A stretch of DNA of 64,000 nt from an uncultured Desulfobacterales bacterium (GTDB taxonomy: Bacteria; Desulfobacterota; DSM-4660; Desulfatiglandales; JALVZP01). The translations under genes and the position numbers were made by a program. This document shows, piece after piece, positions 59,513 to 64,000 of the stretch. The notes beneath the pieces were generated by a model, which did no database searches, was not told the origin of the DNA, and worked only from the letters and a program-made list of their open reading frames with translations. The stretch's first letter is position 1. Each line of letters opens with the position of its first letter. Location of the stretch: contig CAZEOQ010000007.1 in NCBI GenBank assembly GCA_964513995.1, forward strand, positions 6,891 to 70,890. Direction: 5' to 3'.

Positions 59513-61497
59513 GACTTCTCTCCTTGTGCTTGATCTTCTTTCAGAATACCTCTTTTTACAAAGTCCTCATATACATATCCCAGATTTAGCTTCTCAAGTG
59601 TCTCTTTTGTAGGAATTCCATCCTTGTTCCATCCTCTGTATTTGTAATACTCATCCATAAGCTTTTCTTCATATTCAGGAAATCTCTTCTTCCAGTGATC
59701 TTCTGGTGGTTTGTCATCCTTCCTTCTCAGACCTCTTCTTACATTTATACACCTTACGAGATTCCTTACCCTTGTTGCTATTGTCCAAAGCTTGTCTTCA
59801 TCCATCTTAAGTCCTGATGCAGCTTCTATTATAAGTGGAAGATTGTGGATGTGATATGGTGGTTTGAGTGGGAATGAGGAAAGTCCTGCACAGATTCCAG
59901 TGCAGTCGTCAATATAGTGCATGATCTCCTGCCATTCTACAAGCTCACATACAAGGTCTGGTGGAGGATAATATGGGAATGTATAGCCTTCATCTCCCCA
60001 TTTCAGTATAAATTCCTTAAATCTTTCTTCCTTTCCAGTAGGAATCTGTATCCAGTCCTTTACAAATTCCTCTCTTATCTTTTTTGGAAGAGGTGCCTGT
60101 GGGATCTGTCCTTCAATCTGTGTTATGTTTATCTTTTCTCCTGTTGCCCACATAAGGAAGTAGATTGGATTTAGCATTCCAAGTTTTATTGGAACCTGCT
60201 CATGCTTCTTTATAGTATTGTGATCAAACTTTTCTGCTCCTCTTCCAATCTCTCTTGCTGCCCAGTATACTCCTTTTGCGAGAACATCTCCTATCCCTTC
60301 TCTTTTTACAACCTTTTCAAGAAGATAAATGAATCTTTCTTTGTTGTCTTTTGGAAAGTTTGGAAGATCTTTGTCAGTAAGGATTCCATTTTCATAAAGC
60401 TCTATTGCAAATGCAAGGACCTGTGGTGTCGTAAATCCATCAAGTCCGTAGTGCTGTGCAAGACCTGCACACTTAAGTCCAAACTCAAGATCATCAACCA
60501 TTGCAGCCATTGTATATGTAAGCTTTGTAAAGCATTTCATTACATATACAGGAACACCTGGAAGCTCAAGTATTGCAGAACATGCAACAGGACAGTTATA
60601 ACAGGCTATAAGGCGTTTTCTTGCATTCTCAAGTGTTCTCGTCCACTTTTCTTCTATCTCCTTTGTCCAGAATCCTTTCCTCCTTATCCTTGCATTTCCC
60701 CATGCAAAGCTTTCTGTATGCCATTTTTCATCGTGAAGTCTCATCTCCTGAGGTGATCCAATGTATGCAAGGATTCCTGGAATTCCTGGAAGAGGATTCT
60801 TGAGACGGTAGTCTATAAATTTCAGGACCTCTTTGTTAAGTTCCATAAGCCTTTCACCATCAGCAACATTCACATCCCTTGTTCCACGAACAGCTATTGC
60901 CTTAAGGTTCTTGTCTCCCATAATAGCGCCAAGACCAAGTCTGCTTGCACTGCTTTTTGAGCTTTCAATAGACGCAAAATAGACCCTGTTTTCTCCAGCA
61001 AGACCTATTGCAAGAACCTGTGCATCTGGCTGATTCAGCTCCTGCTGTATAGCTCTTATTGTCTCATATGTGCTTTTTCCTTTAAGGTGTGTTGCATCAC
61101 GTATCTCTACCTTGTCATCATGTATCCAGAGATAGACGAGCTTTGGTGCTTTTCCACGAATAATTATCTTATCATATCCAGCATGCTTTAGCTCTGGCGC
61201 CCAGAATCCTCCCATCATAGAGAATCCCATAAGGAGTGTCTGTGGGGAGATGGAAGAGATAATAGTTCTGTTTGCTCCTATGACTGGTGTTCCGCAAAGA
61301 AGACCTGCACTAAATATAAGAACATTATCTTCAGAAAATGGCTCTACTTCAGGAGGAACTCTGTCCCAAAGTATCTTTGCATTTGTTCCAAGTCCGCCAA
61401 GATAAAGTTCTGTATCCTGTGGATCTGTAGGGACTTTTTCAATGTTTCCTGTAGAAAGATCTATCTCTAAATTATATCCTGTCTCTGCGTATCTCAT
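59509..61497 (-). CDS. bamB: BamB: tungstopterin catalytic subunit of class II benzoyl-CoA reductase (AOR family)
   Basis: MRYAETGYNLEIDL...TELYLGGLGTNAKILWDRVPPEVEPFS; BamB-type motifs GSPQEMRLHDEKWHTE, CYNCPVAC, MKCFTKL (W-ligating Cys), TQIEGQ, GLSSFPLKPPYHIHN match my recollection of Geobacter BamB. Start ATG 61497 after GAGGTGG. Confidence 0.92.
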   Translation of the reverse strand: MRYAETGYNLEIDLSTGNIEKVPTDPQDTELYLGGLGTNAKILWDRVPPEVEPFSEDNVLIFSAGLLCGTPVIGANRTIISSISPQTLLMGFSMMGGFWAPELKHAGYDKIIIRGKAPKLVYLWIHDDKVEIRDATHLKGKSTYETIRAIQQELNQPDAQVLAIGLAGENRVYFASIESSKSSASRLGLGAIMGDKNLKAIAVRGTRDVNVADGERLMELNKEVLKFIDYRLKNPLPGIPGILAYIGSPQEMRLHDEKWHTESFAWGNARIRRKGFWTKEIEEKWTRTLENARKRLIACYNCPVACSAILELPGVPVYVMKCFTKLTYTMAAMVDDLEFGLKCAGLAQHYGLDGFTTPQVLAFAIELYENGILTDKDLPNFPKDNKERFIYLLEKVVKREGIGDVLAKGVYWAAREIGRGAEKFDHNTIKKHEQVPIKLGMLNPIYFLMWATGEKINITQIEGQIPQAPLPKKIREEFVKDWIQIPTGKEERFKEFILKWGDEGYTFPYYPPPDLVCELVEWQEIMHYIDDCTGICAGLSSFPLKPPYHIHNLPLIIEAASGLKMDEDKLWTIATRVRNLVRCINVRRGLRRKDDKPPEDHWKKRFPEYEEKLMDEYYKYRGWNKDGIPTKETLEKLNLGYVYEDFVKRGILKEDQAQGEKS

Positions 61498-61523
61498 AAC
61501 TCCACCTCTCTCAAAATAGTTCA

Positions 61524-61557
61524 ATGTTATATAAATCAAACATCTTTTTTCTGTCAA
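61524..61557 (-). promoter_or_regulatory. Candidate sigma70 promoter of bamB
   Basis: TTGACA (61557-61552), 18 nt, TATATA (61533-61528); short inverted repeat ATGTT-N10-AACAT (61524-61543) overlaps the -10. Confidence 0.5.
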
Positions 61558-61994
61558 GAAAGTCTTTTTTCAAGGTTTATAAAATCACTCCTGTCAAAGC
61601 CAACTGTTTTGAAAAATGAAAGAATATCAACTGAATCCCATCTTACTGATGTATAAAGAAACTTTATCCCTTTTTCTTTACATATCTCAAAAAGCACACT
61701 TGCAAGACTTCTTCCTATTCCCTGCCCCATATATCTCGGATCTACTCCAAAATTTGCAATCCATGCACCCCTGTCAACTCCAAATCCACCATATATGATG
61801 TAGCTTATCATATATCCGACTATCTTCCCGTTCAGCTCAGCAACGAGAGCAATAATATCAGAAGAGTCCTTTATTACATTGCTGAAGTCTGTTTTTATCC
61901 TGTGCTTAGTTATAGCCTGTTCAATCCTTTCAATCTCTTTTATGTCTTCCTTTTTGGCTTCTCTTATAGAAATCTTCTTCTTTAACTCTTCCAT
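61554..61994 (-). CDS. GNAT family acyl-CoA-binding protein
   Basis: IREAKKED, LVAELNGKIVGY, motif A FGVDPRYMGQGIGRSL, FFKTVGF. Confidence 0.9.
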   Translation of the reverse strand: MEELKKKISIREAKKEDIKEIERIEQAITKHRIKTDFSNVIKDSSDIIALVAELNGKIVGYMISYIIYGGFGVDRGAWIANFGVDPRYMGQGIGRSLASVLFEICKEKGIKFLYTSVRWDSVDILSFFKTVGFDRSDFINLEKRLS

Positions 61995-62180
61995 CTAATC
62001 TATCCTGATTATCTTTACTCTGTGTCCTATCCAGTCAGGAGGAAGATATACACGACCACTGTTTCCACTCTGTTTTACGACTTTTTCCACCATCTCCTCT
62101 CCATATACCTCAAACTTTACCTTTTCTCTGGATTTATTCTCTGTCTTTTTCTCTCCTTTTAGAGACTTTTTTCTTGGCAT
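61995..62180 (-). CDS. DUF2080-like small protein (probable AbrB/MazE-type swapped-hairpin DNA binder)
   Basis: FEVYGEEMVEKVVKQSGNSGRVYLPPDWIGHRVKIIR; its stop directly abuts the GNAT ATG. Confidence 0.8.
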   Translation of the reverse strand: MPRKKSLKGEKKTENKSREKVKFEVYGEEMVEKVVKQSGNSGRVYLPPDWIGHRVKIIRID

Positions 62181-62194
62181 ACAGCTTTTTCCAA

Positions 62195-62236
62195 AATTTT
62201 TAGCTAAAAATTAGCTACAAAATAACTACATGTCAA
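62195..62236 (-). promoter_or_regulatory. Sigma70 promoter of the DUF2080-GNAT pair with phased repeats
   Basis: TTGACA (62236-62231), 17 nt, TAATTT (62213-62208); TA(G/A)CTA repeats at 62201, 62212 and 62223; perfect palindrome AATTTTTAGCTAAAAATT at 62195-62212. Confidence 0.65.
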
Positions 62237-62345
62237 GAAAAAAGTAAACTGAGATTGTTCGAAAGATAAAAAGACAAAACTTGAACTGGAGGGAGGTTTT
62301 AGAATTATATCAGAAGCATTTTTTCGAATAGCCTTCCAAACCTAC

Positions 62346-62374
62346 TTGACAATCTTAAAAAAATCCTTTATCAT
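62346..62374 (+). promoter_or_regulatory. Near-consensus sigma70 promoter upstream of the hairpin RNA and NYN gene
   Basis: TTGACA (62346-62351), 17 nt, TATCAT (62369-62374). Confidence 0.75.
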
Positions 62375-62380
62375 TAAAAT

Positions 62381-62460
62381 AGGAAATTTTAAGTACTACT
62401 ACACTTCCTCCTGGGGCATTCTCCTTATCCACAACCCTTCCCCCAGGAGTCATTTTTTAT
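62381..62460 (+). ncRNA. Candidate leader/small RNA: 9-bp GC stem, 24-nt G-free loop, U-tract
   Basis: CTCCTGGGG (62408-62416) pairs with CCCCAGGAG (62441-62449); loop CATTCTCCTTATCCACAACCCTTC; followed by TCATTTTTTATT immediately before the NYN ATG. Confidence 0.5.
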
Positions 62461-62464
62461 TAAG

Positions 62465-63106
62465 ATGATCTACAAAGTAGCTCTTCTCATAGATTGGGAT
62501 AACATTAGATACAGAATTTTTAAAAACAGAAACCTTTTGAGAAAAGACACTCCAAGGTTTTCGTATTTTAAACATACAACCAAATTACCAGCCTTTTTTC
62601 TTAATTTTTTGGAGGAAGAAGAAAGACCTTACCGAATCTTTTTTTATCTTTCAGAAGGATACAGGGGTAAAGTAAAAGATCCAGAAGGGAAAGAGAGAGA
62701 TTTTTCTGAAACAGAAGAAGCTAGAGCAATGGGAAAGTTTATAAATACTCTTTCCATACTGGATCTGGTTGCAATAAGAAAGGGAAGGACAGCGTTTAGA
62801 GGATGGAAGCATGAAAATGGAAAATATGTTCCTATATTTGTCCAGAAAAAGGTGGATATTCTTTTAGCACTAGATATAGCTCATCTAACTTACAATAAGC
62901 TTGTGGATCGTATTCTGATCTTTAGTTATGATACAGACCTGCAACCTGCTCTTAAAACAGCACGAATTGGTGGAATTCAAGTCATTCTTCCTTTTTTTAA
63001 AGAAATGAAATGGGAAGATATTCCTTTGGAATTAAAAGCTCATTGTGATTTTATCAGAATAAAAAGTTATCACGAGATATGTTGTAAATTACTAAAGAAT
63101 GAGTAA
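62465..63106 (+). CDS. NYN (LabA/DUF88-like PIN-fold) ribonuclease
   Basis: Acidic catalytic motifs LLIDWDN, QKKVDILLALD and SYDTDL intact; L.AHCDF tail. Confidence 0.88.
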   Translation: MIYKVALLIDWDNIRYRIFKNRNLLRKDTPRFSYFKHTTKLPAFFLNFLEEEERPYRIFFYLSEGYRGKVKDPEGKERDFSETEEARAMGKFINTLSILDLVAIRKGRTAFRGWKHENGKYVPIFVQKKVDILLALDIAHLTYNKLVDRILIFSYDTDLQPALKTARIGGIQVILPFFKEMKWEDIPLELKAHCDFIRIKSYHEICCKLLKNE

Positions 63107-63211
63107 GTTTCTATTTCTTTTCTAAAGAACATGCAGATGGCCTGAGCAGTGAAAAGGAATTTCTGGCAATTTTAAAGCCATGAAACTTATGGCTCACTAT
63201 TCTGCTGGCCC

Positions 63212-63240
63212 TTGACACAGGATATAATATTCCCTAAATT
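63212..63240 (+). promoter_or_regulatory. Sigma70 promoter of fusA
   Basis: TTGACA (63212-63217), 17 nt, TAAATT (63235-63240), 10 nt before the ATG. Confidence 0.6.
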
Positions 63241-63250
63241 TTTTAGCAGT

Positions 63251-64000
63251 ATGAAAGGTTTGTCTTATCTGAAAAAGATAAGGAACATAGGGATAATAGC
63301 ACATATAGACGCAGGAAAGACTACTGTTACAGAAAGGATGCTTTATTATACAGGAAAAGTTCACAAGATGGGAGAGGTGCATGATGGTGAAGCAACAATG
63401 GACTGGATGCTTGAAGAGAAGGAAAGAGGAATAACGATTACATCTGCATGCACGACATGTCACTGGAAGGGATTTAGCATAAATATTATTGATACACCTG
63501 GTCATGTTGATTTTACTATAGAAGTGGAAAGATCATTAAGAGTCCTTGATGGTGCAATAGGTGTATTTTGTGCAGTAGGTGGAGTTGAACCACAGTCTGA
63601 AACTGTCTGGCATCAGGCAGACAGATACCGCGTTCCAAAGATAGCATTTGTAAACAAGATGGATAGAATTGGAGCAGATTTTTTCCGTGTCGTGGAGATG
63701 ATGAAAGAAAGACTTGGTGCACGCCCTCTTATCCTTCAGATCCCATGGGGAGCTGAAAGTGATTTTAAGGGAGTAATAGATCTTATAAAGCAGAAGGCTA
63801 TTATATGGGATGAGGAGTCACTTGGAGCTCGTTATGAAGAGATACCTATTCCTGAAGATATGAAAGACATAGCAAAGGAGTATAGGGAACTTCTTTTTGA
63901 AACTGTCTCAGAAGTGGATGATAAGATCCTTGAAAAGTATCTTTCTGAAGAAGAGATAACAGAGAAAGAACTGAAATCTGCTATAAGAAAGGCAACAATA
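63251..64000 (+). CDS. fusA: Elongation factor G; stand-alone copy, runs off the right window edge
   Basis: Manual translation from ATG 63251: [35 protein letters not shown]...ERGITITSA...[21 protein letters not shown]...[10 protein letters not shown]...NKMD. Confidence 0.95.
   Translation, partial: MKGLSYLKKIRNIGIIAHIDAGKTTVTERMLYYTGKVHKMGEVHDGEATMDWMLEEKERGITITSACTTCHWKGFSINIIDTPGHVDFTIEVERSLRVLDGAIGVFCAVGGVEPQSETVWHQADRYRVPKIAFVNKMDRIGADFFRVVEMMKERLGARPLILQIPWGAESDFKGVIDLIKQKAIIWDEESLGARYEEIPIPEDMKDIAKEYRELLFETVSEVDDKILEKYLSEEEITEKELKSAIRKATI

Noticed and set aside
53847-61497. Reading the cluster as a generic aldehyde oxidoreductase plus methanogen-type Hdr/hydrogenase
   Set aside because: BamB- and BamC-type motifs and the B-C-D-E-F order fit class II BCR; no NiFe hydrogenase subunit is present.
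61995-62180. DUF2080 as evidence of a transposon (family often labelled transposase-associated)
   Set aside because: No transposase, TnpB, terminal inverted repeats or target duplication nearby.
62383-62420. Minus-strand mini-ORF MPQEEV inside the hairpin
   Set aside because: SD is only 1 nt from the ATG, the ORF is six codons and no promoter is evident.
62425-62433. DnaA box suggesting oriC
   Set aside because: Single box, no cluster, no dnaA/dnaN/gidA neighbours; kept only as a remark on the hairpin loop.
1006-63722. Many antisense or alternative-frame ORFs (e.g. 1006-1680, 31263-31850, 42372-43073, 60202-60756, 63197-63505, 63516-63722)
   Set aside because: They lie almost entirely within well-identified genes, are Ser/Phe/Ile-rich shadows and show no motifs or RBS.
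1-64000. CRISPR array, rRNA, tmRNA, intein or IS element
   Set aside because: No regularly spaced repeats or large intergenic gaps; smpB has no adjacent ssrA; reverse gyrase is of normal length.

Overview
AT-rich, very gene-dense chromosomal window from what is probably a thermophilic Desulfobacterota (deltaproteobacterial) anaerobe; this is inferred from reverse gyrase and from gene order such as rsmI-ptsH-ptsI-smpB and the transglutaminase-ABC operon. Most of the window is housekeeping: the ffh-rpsP-khpA-rimM-trmD-rplS-rnhB-yraN-rsmI-ptsH-ptsI-smpB-rgy string, ruvCAB, comM, rpoZ-dnaJ, a half dcw cluster (mraY to ftsZ), rplM-rpsI, secG, three tRNAs (Gly-GCC, Cys-GCA, Leu-GAG) and a stand-alone fusA. 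The accessory highlight is 53.8-63.1 kb. It holds a class II (tungsten, ATP-independent) benzoyl-CoA reductase cluster bamBCDEF in which both bamE and bamF contain in-frame UGA (selenocysteine) codons that the ORF track splits. Upstream lie a DUF2080-like/GNAT gene pair whose promoter is covered by phased repeats and, divergently, a NYN ribonuclease gene transcribed behind a short hairpin RNA, a layout resembling an RNA-antitoxin module. Two genes (ftsQ and a CHASE2 adenylate cyclase) are broken at simple repeats, and rnhB seems to need a non-canonical start. No CRISPR array, integrase or transposase was seen. All family calls come from motif recognition, not database searches.
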